From Candidatus Nanopelagicales bacterium (GTDB lineage Bacteria > Actinomycetota > Actinomycetes > S36-B12), in assembly GCA_044240165.1 (NCBI GenBank), contig JBIIAA010000009.1, positions 222 to 24,221 of the forward strand: 24,000 nt of DNA, written 5' to 3'. A model generated the notes under the pieces. It saw only the letters and a list, made by a program, of their open reading frames with translations, was not told the origin of the DNA and searched no databases. Made by a program: the position numbers and the translations under genes. Positions 16,015 to 24,000 of this stretch are shown here, one piece after another (the first letter of the stretch is position 1; the number at the start of each line of letters is the position of its first letter).

Positions 16015-16878
16015 TTAGGTGGCAATGCCTGGCACAAACGGTGCCAGGAGCTCTTGCAACGCACTGGTGCGTGCCAGTGCTGTGACGACCAATATGAGCA
16101 GCAGACCCAGGCAGCCAAGGGTTTGGATGAGCACTTGATTGCGTCGAGGGGCGAACACAAAAATAGCGGCGACAAGGGCGCCGACAACTAATCCGCCGAT
16201 GTGCGCTCGCCAATCAATGCCAGGCTGCAAGAACCCAAAGACCAAGTTGATCCCCAACAGCACCAACACCTGAGTGACGTCGTAGCGAAGGCGCCGACCA
16301 GCAACCACAAAGGCGCCCATCAAGCCGAAGATCGCACCACTAGCACCCACCGAAACTGACCGGAAATCTGAGAACGCGTACGAGGCAACTGCGCCACCAA
16401 AAGCTGCGAGTAAATACAGCGCGATGAATCGTGAGTGCCCGAGCACTCGTTCAAGAGTTGGCCCCATGATCCACAAGACATACATGTTGAACGCAATGTG
16501 TAGGAAGGATCCGTGCATGAATGCGCTGGACATCAGTGTCCAGTAGTCGCCATTGGCCGCAATACCAATGGGCCACATGCCCCATTTCGATGCGGACTCA
16601 TTGATACCAACACTGAGTTGAAGTAAGAAGACAGCAACGTTGATGGCAATCAAGGCAAACGTGACGTACGGCTTGGAAATGACTGGCGCACCCATCGGCG
16701 TGTGAACGGCTGAAACCTTAGCGTTACCAACACAACTTGGGCATTGGAAGCCGACAGAAGCCGAGATCATGCAGTCTGTGCAAATCGGATTATTACACCG
16801 AGAACAGCGAATATAACTCACACGATCGGGATGAGAAGAGCACACAGGCTCAGCGTTTGAACCTGTGTGCTCTGTCAT
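16015..16878 (-). CDS. Rhomboid family intramembrane serine protease with N-terminal zinc ribbon
   Basis: CSSHPDRVSYIRCSRCNNPICTDC...CPSC zinc ribbon. GASGAIFG catalytic Ser, a downstream His, and multiple TM helices. Confidence 0.9.
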   Translation of the reverse strand: MTEHTGSNAEPVCSSHPDRVSYIRCSRCNNPICTDCMISASVGFQCPSCVGNAKVSAVHTPMGAPVISKPYVTFALIAINVAVFLLQLSVGINESASKWGMWPIGIAANGDYWTLMSSAFMHGSFLHIAFNMYVLWIMGPTLERVLGHSRFIALYLLAAFGGAVASYAFSDFRSVSVGASGAIFGLMGAFVVAGRRLRYDVTQVLVLLGINLVFGFLQPGIDWRAHIGGLVVGALVAAIFVFAPRRNQVLIQTLGCLGLLLILVVTALARTSALQELLAPFVPGIAT

Positions 16879-16889
16879 CGCTTCTGTTA

Positions 16890-17408
16890 TTAGTCGCGAG
16901 TAATCGTGACGGAATTGATCGTGATTGGTTCTGCTGGGCGATCGCCAGGACCAACCTTGGTGGTGCCAATTGCGTCGACAACATCGCGGGATTCTTGGTC
17001 CGCAACTTCACCGAAGATGGTGTGCTTGAAGTTCAACCATGTGGTTGCTGCTGTGGTGACGAAGAACTGTGAGCCATTGGTGCTTGGGCCTGAGTTCGCC
17101 ATCGCTAGCAAGTAAGGACGATCGAAGCTGAGTTCTGGGTGAAACTCGTCAGCGAACTTGAAGCCTGGGCCACCGGTGCCGGTGCCTAGTGGGTCTCCGC
17201 CTTGAATCATGAAACCGTCAATAACGCGGTGGAACACGGTTCCTGCGTAGAGGGATTCCGAAGACTTCTCGCGGGTCTTTGGGTCAGTCCATTCGATTGT
17301 GCCCTCAGCAAGTCCGGCGAAATTCGCAACGGTCTTTGGAGCCTGATCTGGGAATAGGTTGATCTTGATGTCACCTTTTGAGGTGTGCAACGTGGCAGTC
17401 ATAGTCAT
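16890..17408 (-). CDS. ppiA: Cyclophilin-type peptidyl-prolyl cis-trans isomerase
   Basis: FHRVIDGFMIQGGDP and SMANSGP-like motifs. Syntenic with Rv0009. Confidence 0.95.
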   Translation of the reverse strand: MTMTATLHTSKGDIKINLFPDQAPKTVANFAGLAEGTIEWTDPKTREKSSESLYAGTVFHRVIDGFMIQGGDPLGTGTGGPGFKFADEFHPELSFDRPYLLAMANSGPSTNGSQFFVTTAATTWLNFKHTIFGEVADQESRDVVDAIGTTKVGPGDRPAEPITINSVTITRD

Positions 17409-17463
17409 AGCCGCATCCTTTCATGAAGTCGCTGTGCCCTTACTACCGTGGGTCAGCCGACAT

Positions 17464-17490
17464 ACAAAAGACCCCGGCTTTCGCCGGGGC
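17464..17490 (-). terminator. Rho-independent terminator after tRNA-Ala
   Basis: Minus strand reads CCCCGGC-GAAA-GCCGGGG followed by TCTTTTGT. Confidence 0.55.
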
Positions 17491-17497
17491 CATCTTG

Positions 17498-17570
17498 TGG
17501 AGGTTAGGAGACTCGAACTCCTGACTTCTGCCTTGCAAAGGCAGCGCTCTACCAACTGAGCTAAACCCCC
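17498..17570 (-). tRNA. alaT: tRNA-Ala(UGC), CCA not encoded
   Basis: Acceptor GGGGGTT/AACCTCC with the G3:U70 Ala identity pair, anticodon loop TTTGCAA, T-arm AGGAG-TTCGAGT-CTCCT. Confidence 0.95.
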
Positions 17571-17587
17571 CTGGTGACTACGAGAAC

Positions 17588-17713
17588 CTATCGTAGATCA
17601 GGTGCTTGTGTCGGCTCCGACCAGAGGTCGGAATCGTCTTGATTTGCTACGTATTGCTTATAGGCGTAGTAACCCGCACCTGCAAGCACAGCGAACATCA
17701 ATAGTTTCTTCAC
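17588..17713 (-). CDS. 41-aa membrane mini-protein with DLW motif (resembles the actinobacterial DLW-39 family)
   Basis: Minus strand from GTG: MKKLLMFAVLAGAGYYAYKQYVANQDDSDLWSEPTQAPDLR. It has one hydrophobic helix and then an acidic DLW tail. It is too short for the ORF track. The family name is from memory, and an alternative ATG start lies at codon 6. Confidence 0.6.
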   Translation of the reverse strand: MKKLLMFAVLAGAGYYAYKQYVANQDDSDLWSEPTQAPDLR

Positions 17714-17714
17714 G

Positions 17715-17789
17715 TGGGCCTAGATGGACTTGAACCATCGACCTCTTCCTTATCAGGGAAGCGCTCTAACCAAGCTGAGCTATAGGCCC
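17715..17789 (-). tRNA. ileT: tRNA-Ile(GAU), CCA not encoded
   Basis: Acceptor GGGCCTA/TAGGCCC, anticodon stem CTTCC/GGAAG with loop CTGATAA, T-arm GATGG-TTCAAGT-CCATC. Confidence 0.95.
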
Positions 17790-17864
17790 GTTTCACGTCC
17801 ATCCACAGAATTACCTGCGTAGAGGCGCGAGGGGAAACACTACCGGACATTGGCTCTCCTGTTT

Positions 17865-17889
17865 CCCCCGGGCTTTCTTGGCCCGGGGG
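17865..17889 (-). terminator. GC-rich hairpin downstream of gyrA (possible terminator without U-tract)
   Basis: CCCCCGGGC-tttcttg-GCCCGGGGG, a 9-bp perfect stem. No T-run follows on either strand. Confidence 0.35.
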
Positions 17890-17905
17890 GATCAAGACGT
17901 TCGAC

Positions 17906-17965
17906 CTATCGCGCTCGCTATTCGGCGAACTATTCGGCGAACTATTCGCCAAGCTATTCGACAGG
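17906..17965. repeat. Five-unit 12-bp tandem repeat (CTATTCGGCGAA-like) spanning the gyrA stop codon
   Basis: Units start at 17906, 17918, 17930, 17942 and 17954. Units 2 and 3 are identical, units 2-5 share CTATTCG, and unit 1 shares only CTAT. Confidence 0.8.
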
Positions 17966-20530
17966 CGTGTCCGGGGTTTGGGCCTCGACTTCGGTGGCTA
18001 CAACAGTGCCAGCCTCAAGATCGACGCTTTCGGCGATCTCAGTCTCATCGAGGTCGTCCTCGTCTTCAGATTCGCCACCTCGAGCAACCGCCACAATCGC
18101 ATCGCCGTCGGCCAGGTTCATCAGACGCACACCCATGGTGTCTCGACCCGAAGGACGAATCTGATCAACCTTGGTGCGAATCACGATGCCGTTTGAAGCG
18201 ATCGCGAAGATCTGATCACCCTCATCACAGACCATTGCGCCCACCATCGAGCCACGTTCTTCCACGAGCTTCATGGCGCGCACGCCCAAGATGCCACGGC
18301 CCTTGGCTGCCCACTCATCGACATTGGTGCGCTTGGCAAAGCCACCGTCAGTGATGGTGACCACGAAGGCACCCTCGCGAATGACATCCATTGCCAGCAG
18401 TGCATCGTCGCCACGGAAACGCATGCCGATAACGCCACCAGTTGCCCGGCCCATTGGACGCAAGGTTTCATCCTTGGCATCAAAACGAGCCGACATGCCC
18501 TTGCGGGAAAACATGATCAGGTGATCGTTTTCTGACACCAAGCGTGCCGAGATCACTTCATCTTCTGGTGCCAAGTTGATCGCGATGATGCCACCGGTGC
18601 GATTGGTGTCGTACTCGCTGAGTTTGGTCTTCTTAACCATGCCTCTGCGAGTCGCCAACACCAAGTGCTCGCCTGCTTCATAGTTTTCGATGGCCAAAAC
18701 CTGAGCAATGGTTTCGTCAGGTTGGAAGGCCAGCAGGTTTGCTACGTGTTGTCCGCGAGCATCGCGACCAGTTTCAGGCAGTTGATAACCCTTGGCACGG
18801 TAGACGCGACCCTTATTCGTGAAGAACAGCAACCAGTGGTGGGTTGTGGTGACGAACATGTGCTCGACAACATCATCGGTGCGAAGTGCTGCACCCTTGA
18901 CACCCTTGCCGCCACGACGCTGCGCACGGTAGAGCTCGCTCTTAGTGCGCTTTGCATAACCACCAGAGGTGATGGTGATGACCACATCGTCAACGGCAAT
19001 GAGATCTTCGTCTGCCACGTCGCCATCAAAGGCCGTGAACTGCGAGCGGCGATCGTCACCAAATTTCTCGGTGACTTCATGAAGCTCTTCGGAAATGATT
19101 GCGCGCTGGCGTTCTGGTGAGTTCAAAATGTCGGTGTAATCCGCAATCTTGGTCATCAGGTCGTCGTACTCGTCTTGAATCTTTTGGTGTTCAAGTGCAG
19201 CAAGACGACGCAACTGCATATCAAGAATTGCAGTCGCCTGCAGTTCATCAATATCCAGCAGTTCCATCAAGCCGGTGCGAGCAGTTTCAACTGTTGACGA
19301 GGCACGAATCAGTGCGATGACTTCATCGAGTGCATCAAGTGCCTTGAGGTAACCACGCAAAATATGTGCGCGCTCTTCAGCTTTACGCAGGCGATAGCGG
19401 GTACGGCGCTGAATTACTTCAACCTGATGGTTAACCCAGTGACGAATGAACTGCTCAAGAGTCAACGTACGCGGCATACCGTCTACAAGTGCCAGCATGT
19501 TTGCGCCGAAGTTGTCTTGCAGTTGAGTGTGCTTATAGAGCTGGTTCAACACCACCTGAGCAACAGCGTCGCGCTTGAGTTCAATCACCAACCGCATACC
19601 GGTACGTGAAGAGGAGTCGTCGCGAATATCCGAGATACCCGTGAGTTTGCCTTCACCAACCTGCTCAGCAATACGCAGCAGCAAATTGTCGGGGTTCACT
19701 TGGTATGGGAGTTCGGTAACGATCAATACCTGGCGACCACGAGCGTCTTCTTCAACGGTGACTACCGCGCGCATCGTGATGGAGCCACGACCAGTGCGAT
19801 AGGCATCATCAATACCGCGACGACCAACGATGAGAGCACCCGTAGGGAAATCTGGGCCCTTCACAATTTCAATCAACGCAGCTTGGCGCTCTTCAACGGA
19901 AGCCTCTGGATTAGCAAGAACCCATTGAGCCGCCGCCCCGATTTCACGCAAGTTATGCGGCGGAATGTTTGTTGCCATACCCACAGCGATGCCCGAGCTA
20001 CCGTTAACCAGCAGGTTTGGGAACCGAGCAGGAAGCACGAGTGGTTCTTGGGTGCGACCGTCGTAGTTTGGTCCAAAGTCGACCGTATCTTCGTCGATGT
20101 CGCGCACCATCTCCATAGCCAATGGGGCCATGCGACATTCGGTATAACGCTGGGCAGCCGGAGGATCGTTACCTGGTGAGCCGAAGTTTCCTTGGCCTTG
20201 CACCAGTGGGTAACGCAGTGACCATGGTTGGGCCAACCGCACAAGAGCGTCATAGATCGACGCATCACCATGTGGGTGATAGCTACCCATCACGTCACCA
20301 ACAACACGAGCGCTCTTGGAGAAGTTGCGATCAGGTCGGTAACCGCCGTCGTACATCGCAAACAGCACGCGTCGGTGCACAGGCTTTAAACCATCGCGCA
20401 CATCAGGGAGAGCTCGTGACACGATGACGGACATTGAGTAGTCCAAGTAGGACCGCTGCATTTCCGTTTGTAAATCAACGGGTTCGATTCGGCCGTGATG
20501 GTTAATCAGGCTTGTTTCTTCAGACACCAT
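17954..20530 (-). CDS. gyrA: DNA gyrase subunit A
   Basis: 858 aa with the active-site region AMYDGG...[25 protein letters not shown], the GyrA box QRRGGKG, and an acidic C-terminal tail. Confidence 0.97.
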   Translation of the reverse strand: MVSEETSLINHHGRIEPVDLQTEMQRSYLDYSMSVIVSRALPDVRDGLKPVHRRVLFAMYDGGYRPDRNFSKSARVVGDVMGSYHPHGDASIYDALVRLAQPWSLRYPLVQGQGNFGSPGNDPPAAQRYTECRMAPLAMEMVRDIDEDTVDFGPNYDGRTQEPLVLPARFPNLLVNGSSGIAVGMATNIPPHNLREIGAAAQWVLANPEASVEERQAALIEIVKGPDFPTGALIVGRRGIDDAYRTGRGSITMRAVVTVEEDARGRQVLIVTELPYQVNPDNLLLRIAEQVGEGKLTGISDIRDDSSSRTGMRLVIELKRDAVAQVVLNQLYKHTQLQDNFGANMLALVDGMPRTLTLEQFIRHWVNHQVEVIQRRTRYRLRKAEERAHILRGYLKALDALDEVIALIRASSTVETARTGLMELLDIDELQATAILDMQLRRLAALEHQKIQDEYDDLMTKIADYTDILNSPERQRAIISEELHEVTEKFGDDRRSQFTAFDGDVADEDLIAVDDVVITITSGGYAKRTKSELYRAQRRGGKGVKGAALRTDDVVEHMFVTTTHHWLLFFTNKGRVYRAKGYQLPETGRDARGQHVANLLAFQPDETIAQVLAIENYEAGEHLVLATRRGMVKKTKLSEYDTNRTGGIIAINLAPEDEVISARLVSENDHLIMFSRKGMSARFDAKDETLRPMGRATGGVIGMRFRGDDALLAMDVIREGAFVVTITDGGFAKRTNVDEWAAKGRGILGVRAMKLVEERGSMVGAMVCDEGDQIFAIASNGIVIRTKVDQIRPSGRDTMGVRLMNLADGDAIVAVARGGESEDEDDLDETEIAESVDLEAGTVVATEVEAQTPDTPVE

Positions 20531-20542
20531 GAACTCCTGAAA

Positions 20543-22549
20543 CTAGATGTCGAGGAAACGCACGTCGCGTGCGTTCTGCTGGATGAAATTACGGCGAGCT
20601 TCTACGTCTTCGCCCATGAGCACACTGAACATCTCATCGGCTTGCGCGGCATCATCAAGAGTGACTTGTAACAACACGCGATGTTCTGGATCCATGGTGG
20701 TATCCCAGAGTTCGTCGGCGTTCATTTCACCAAGACCTTTGTAACGCTGAATTGCTTCGTCTTTAGGTAGGCGCTTGCCGGCGGCAAGACCTGCTTCAAC
20801 AACAGCATCGCGTTCACGATCCGAGTAAGCCCAGTCTGAGTCGTCGCGTGACCACTTAATTTTGTAGAGCGGTGGTTGCGCGATGTAGACGTAACCTTGT
20901 TCAACGAGTGGCCGCATGAAGCGGAACAACAACGTCAACAACAAGGTGCGGATGTGTTGACCATCAACGTCAGCATCGGCCATCAACACCACCTTGTGGT
21001 AGCGAAGACGGTTGATGTCGAACTCTTCTTGAATGCCTGTTCCGAATGCTGAAACGAGTGCCTGCACTTCAGTGTTTTGCAACACCTTGTCGATGCGTGC
21101 TTTTTCAACGTTCAAGATTTTTCCACGAATAGGAAGAATTGCTTGGCGCTTTGGATCGCGACCCTGACGCGCAGAACCACCTGCGGAGTCGCCTTCCACG
21201 ATGAAGACTTCACACTCTTCGGGTTCACGGCTTGAGCAGTCGATGAGCTTGCCCGGCATACCCGCGCCGCCAAGGAGCCCCTTGCGGTTTCGGGCAAGAT
21301 CGCGCGCCTTGCGAGCAGCGATGCGCGCAGCTGATGCGTTCACACTCTTGCGAGCAATGTCTTTTCCTTCAGCCGGATTCTTTTCTAGCCATTCACCCAA
21401 CTGATCGTTCACTGCCTTTTGGACGAAGGCTTTCATCTCGGTGTTACCGAGCTTAGTTTTTGTCTGACCTTCGAACTGCGGCTCAGTCAACTTCACACTG
21501 ATGATTGCGGTGAGACCTTCACGAATATCTTCGCCACTGAGATTCGCATCTCTTTCTTTCAAGATGTTCCACTCGCGAGCAAACTTATTCACCAACGATG
21601 TCAATGCGGTACGGAAGCCTTCTTCGTGCGTGCCACCTTCATGCGTGTTGATGGTGTTTGCAAAGGTGTACACAGATTCGGCGTATGAGTTGTTCCACTG
21701 CATTGCAATTTCAGCACTCATTTGCTTGTCTTCTGCTTCAGTTTCGAAGTAGATGATGTGTTGGTGAGAAGCACCCTTGCTAGCGTTGATGTGCTCAACA
21801 AAGTCAGCGATGCCACCTTGGTAGCAGTAACTCACGCTACGGATGCGATCTGCTTCGTCTACAACATCGACGACTTCAAGTGCCGCGCTACCTTCTGCGT
21901 CAGTGTCTGTCGTCTCTTTCTTTTCAACGACGAGGCGCTCATCGGTGAGTTCAATGGTCAAACCTCTGTTGAGGAAGGCCATTTCCTGGAAACGTCGAGC
22001 CAAGGTGGTGAAGTCAAAGACGGTGGTTTCAAAAATTTCATCATCAGCCCAGAAGGTGACAGTGGTGCCGGTGTGATCAGCGGCTTCATCTTTGGAAAGT
22101 TCAGCTTGCGGGACACCGTGCATGTAGGTCTGGCGGTACACCGATTCATTGCGGCGTACCTCAACGTCAAGTTGCTTGGAAAGTGCGTTAACTACCGAGA
22201 CACCCACGCCATGGAGGCCGCCGGAGACCGAATAGCCGCCGCCGCCGAATTTACCGCCAGCGTGCAACACCGTGAGCACAACTTCTACTGCGGGTTTGCC
22301 TTCGCTCTCCACGATGTCGACCGGGATACCGCGGCCATCATCGACCACCCGGACTCCGCCATTGGCGAGCAAGGTGACCGCGATGGTGGTGGCGTAGCCG
22401 GCCATGGCTTCATCCACCGAGTTATCGACGACTTCGTAAACCAAGTGGTGCAAGCCACGCTCACCGGTGGAACCGATATACATTCCCGGGCGCTTGCGGA
22501 CCGCGTCTAGGCCTTCGAGTACTTGAATGGCACTGGCGTCATATGACAC
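20543..22549 (-). CDS. gyrB: DNA gyrase subunit B
   Basis: GTG start after [31 protein letters not shown] ATPase motifs, the Toprim EGDSAGG, and the C-terminal RFLDI. Confidence 0.97.
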   Translation of the reverse strand: MSYDASAIQVLEGLDAVRKRPGMYIGSTGERGLHHLVYEVVDNSVDEAMAGYATTIAVTLLANGGVRVVDDGRGIPVDIVESEGKPAVEVVLTVLHAGGKFGGGGYSVSGGLHGVGVSVVNALSKQLDVEVRRNESVYRQTYMHGVPQAELSKDEAADHTGTTVTFWADDEIFETTVFDFTTLARRFQEMAFLNRGLTIELTDERLVVEKKETTDTDAEGSAALEVVDVVDEADRIRSVSYCYQGGIADFVEHINASKGASHQHIIYFETEAEDKQMSAEIAMQWNNSYAESVYTFANTINTHEGGTHEEGFRTALTSLVNKFAREWNILKERDANLSGEDIREGLTAIISVKLTEPQFEGQTKTKLGNTEMKAFVQKAVNDQLGEWLEKNPAEGKDIARKSVNASAARIAARKARDLARNRKGLLGGAGMPGKLIDCSSREPEECEVFIVEGDSAGGSARQGRDPKRQAILPIRGKILNVEKARIDKVLQNTEVQALVSAFGTGIQEEFDINRLRYHKVVLMADADVDGQHIRTLLLTLLFRFMRPLVEQGYVYIAQPPLYKIKWSRDDSDWAYSDRERDAVVEAGLAAGKRLPKDEAIQRYKGLGEMNADELWDTTMDPEHRVLLQVTLDDAAQADEMFSVLMGEDVEARRNFIQQNARDVRFLDI

Positions 22550-22728
22550 GTGAAACCGGCCTCCTCAGGCAAGAACTACTTAGAGGCTCAGTCTATCTCT
22601 TTTTTGCTGGTTCCATCGGATCTTGCGGCCCGTGGCGGCCCCTAGAACGGATTTGACCCCCCAGTTTGAGCCCCGTGTATGACTAGATCCTCATATTCGC
22701 CTCACGGTGGCTGCTTGGCCGTCAGAGG

Positions 22729-23196
22729 TCACCCGTAGGTGTCGCGTGGACCCCTACCTTTGACGTGCCGGGGTCCTGACTTCCACGACGGGCCCTGTGG
22801 GCCTTGAATGCGGATGTCACTCACCACTCCGGTACCCACGGCCGCATCGATGTTTTTACGCAACTGGGGCAGCATGAGGCGTACTTGGGTTGCCCAGGTG
22901 GTGGATTCAGCTCGCAACATCAAAATTCCGGCCTCGAAGGTCTCTGGAACCACGTGGCTGGCCAGATCTTCGCCCACGATTTGAGTCCATTGGGTCAAGA
23001 CCTGAGCGCCGGCGCTTTCCTGCTTCCACCCACGGTGGGCGATCAGCTCGTCCATCGCATTGCCCAAGGTTTGTGGATCCCGGCTATCAGAGCTGGACAT
23101 CGGGCGTTTGCTCGTTTGGCTCTTCTTTCGAGTTTTTCCCCCACCAACGGCGCGGTTCAGTGCCTTAGCGGCAGCATCCCCTCGATCAGTGGTCAT
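22729..23196 (-). CDS. dciA: DUF721 protein, DciA-type replicative helicase loader candidate (Rv0004 ortholog)
   Basis: Conserved position between recF and gyrB. The core reads WTQIVGEDLASHVVPETFEAGILMLRAESTTWATQVRLMLPQLRKNI, with a basic tail. Its start overlaps the recF end by 11 nt. Confidence 0.85.
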   Translation of the reverse strand: MTTDRGDAAAKALNRAVGGGKTRKKSQTSKRPMSSSDSRDPQTLGNAMDELIAHRGWKQESAGAQVLTQWTQIVGEDLASHVVPETFEAGILMLRAESTTWATQVRLMLPQLRKNIDAAVGTGVVSDIRIQGPQGPSWKSGPRHVKGRGPRDTYG

Positions 23197-24000
23197 GGCT
23201 TACTTTCCCAGCATCCACCCGAAAACGCGACCCTAATAACTCAGTTGGGATATCGGCGTCCACTGCCGCTGTGATCAGCACCTGGGTGGCTTCGGTGAGA
23301 CGCGCTGCGAGTCGCTCACGTCGTTTGGTGTCCAGTTCGGCAAACACGTCGTCAAGGATGAGGACCGGGTCTTCGCCATCTGAGCGCAAGACATCAAAGC
23401 TTGCGAGTTTTAGCGCTAGAGCGATCGACCAGGACTCCCCATGTGAGGCATAGCCCTTCGCCGGCACTGGTCCAAGGCTTATCTGGAGGTCATCCCGTTG
23501 TGGTCCAACCAGGGTGAGCCCGCGATCCACTTCATCTTTGCGACGTAATTTCATTGCAGCAAGGAGCGCCACTTTCCAATCTTCTTTGTCTGGTGACCCA
23601 ATAGGCACATCGTCGCCGAGGACTTGACTCATATTGGAGACGTAAGTCAACGCAAGTTCCGAAGTGGGATCTTCACTGATGAATGTGTAGTTGGCGATCG
23701 CAGGCGGAGCTAGCTCAGTTAACAACACTTGACGAGCTGCCAAAAGTTCTGCGCCAACTGTTGCGAGCTGGTCGTTCCACACACTCAAGGTGCTATCTAA
23801 ATAGTCATCACTTGCTCTGCGATTGGTGCGAGCAGATTTTAGAAGCGCGTTTCTTTGTTTAAGAATTCGATCCAGATCCTGTCTGGTACCCGCGAGCCGC
23901 GGGATTCTTTGGACGAGTAGATCATCAAGAAACTTTCGGCGATCCGATGGATCACCTTTCACTAGCGAAAGATCTTCGGGGGCAAAAATTACAACTCTTA
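23186..24000 (-). CDS. recF: DNA replication/repair protein RecF, C-terminal ~270 aa; N-terminus lies beyond the right edge
   Basis: FAPEDLSLVKGDPSDRRKFLDDLL, the ABC-type signature GESWSIALALKLA, and Walker B ILDDVFAELD. The reading frame stays open to the window edge. Confidence 0.9.
   Translation of the reverse strand, partial: RVVIFAPEDLSLVKGDPSDRRKFLDDLLVQRIPRLAGTRQDLDRILKQRNALLKSARTNRRASDDYLDSTLSVWNDQLATVGAELLAARQVLLTELAPPAIANYTFISEDPTSELALTYVSNMSQVLGDDVPIGSPDKEDWKVALLAAMKLRRKDEVDRGLTLVGPQRDDLQISLGPVPAKGYASHGESWSIALALKLASFDVLRSDGEDPVLILDDVFAELDTKRRERLAARLTEATQVLITAAVDADIPTELLGSRFRVDAGKVSHDH

Noticed and set aside
17710-17952. 80-aa minus-strand ORF (MANSSPNSSPNSERD...)
   Set aside because: It overlaps tRNA-Ile completely. 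Its NSSPNSSPNS start is simply the 12-bp tandem repeat read in another frame.
17878-18354. 158-aa plus-strand ORF with [15 protein letters not shown] repeats
   Set aside because: It is antisense to the gyrA 3' end, and the repeats are again the 12-bp tandem repeat translated.
21722-22510. 262-aa ORF on the plus strand
   Set aside because: It lies entirely antisense to the unmistakable gyrB and has no recognisable motifs. Long antisense frames are common opposite highly expressed, GC-biased genes.
22547-22556. parS-like half site CACGTGAAAC at the gyrB start; a second half site GTTTCACGT lies at 17790-17798
   Set aside because: Only about 10 and 9 of the 14 positions of the actinobacterial parS GTTTCACGTGAAAC match, and the other half-palindrome is missing. 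I found no full parS in the window.
1-24000. Looked for CRISPR arrays, IS elements and transposases, integrases, toxin-antitoxin pairs, rRNA and known defence-system signatures
   Set aside because: I saw no spaced direct-repeat arrays, no terminal inverted repeats flanking an ORF, and no ORF with transposase, integrase or recognisable defence-protein motifs. The only tandem repeats are the 12-bp (gyrA end) and 18-bp (signal peptide) ones reported above.

Overview
The window reads as the origin-proximal core of an actinobacterial chromosome with moderate GC by eye; possibly a streamlined aquatic lineage, but that is a guess. From about 7.1 kb to 24 kb the gene order matches the Mycobacterium/Streptomyces ori region. 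On the minus strand: recF (partial), dciA/DUF721, gyrB, gyrA, tRNA-Ile, a mini-ORF, tRNA-Ala, ppiA, rhomboid protease and trpG/pabA. On the plus strand: crgA and the tightly coupled operon fhaA-fhaB-pstP-rodA-pbpA-pknB, with tRNA-Leu(CAG) at its left border. The left 7 kb looks accessory. It holds a partial geranylgeranyl-reductase-like gene, a 39-aa Cys-rich peptide, a Prx5-type peroxiredoxin, a secreted DUF1524/HNH nuclease, an Sfp-type PPTase, an SDR, a secreted Cys-containing protein, an S51-like/CysRS-C-terminal fusion protein and a Tat-exported sulfatase. I found no CRISPR array, transposase, integrase, rRNA or recognisable multi-gene defence or biosynthetic system, and no convincing novel multi-gene system. 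The most unusual signals are small and non-coding. They are: (1) a CsoR-type operator palindrome inside a near-consensus promoter for the Cys-rich peptide; (2) three DnaA boxes within 32 bp in the crgA/rhomboid convergent spacer, plus one perfect box upstream of fhaA; (3) a 41-aa DLW-motif ORF fitted between tRNA-Ile and tRNA-Ala; (4) a 12-bp tandem repeat that copies the gyrA stop region into a ladder of five in-frame TAG codons; (5) the S51-like/CysRS-tail fusion. All functional calls rest on motif recognition by eye, with no database search.
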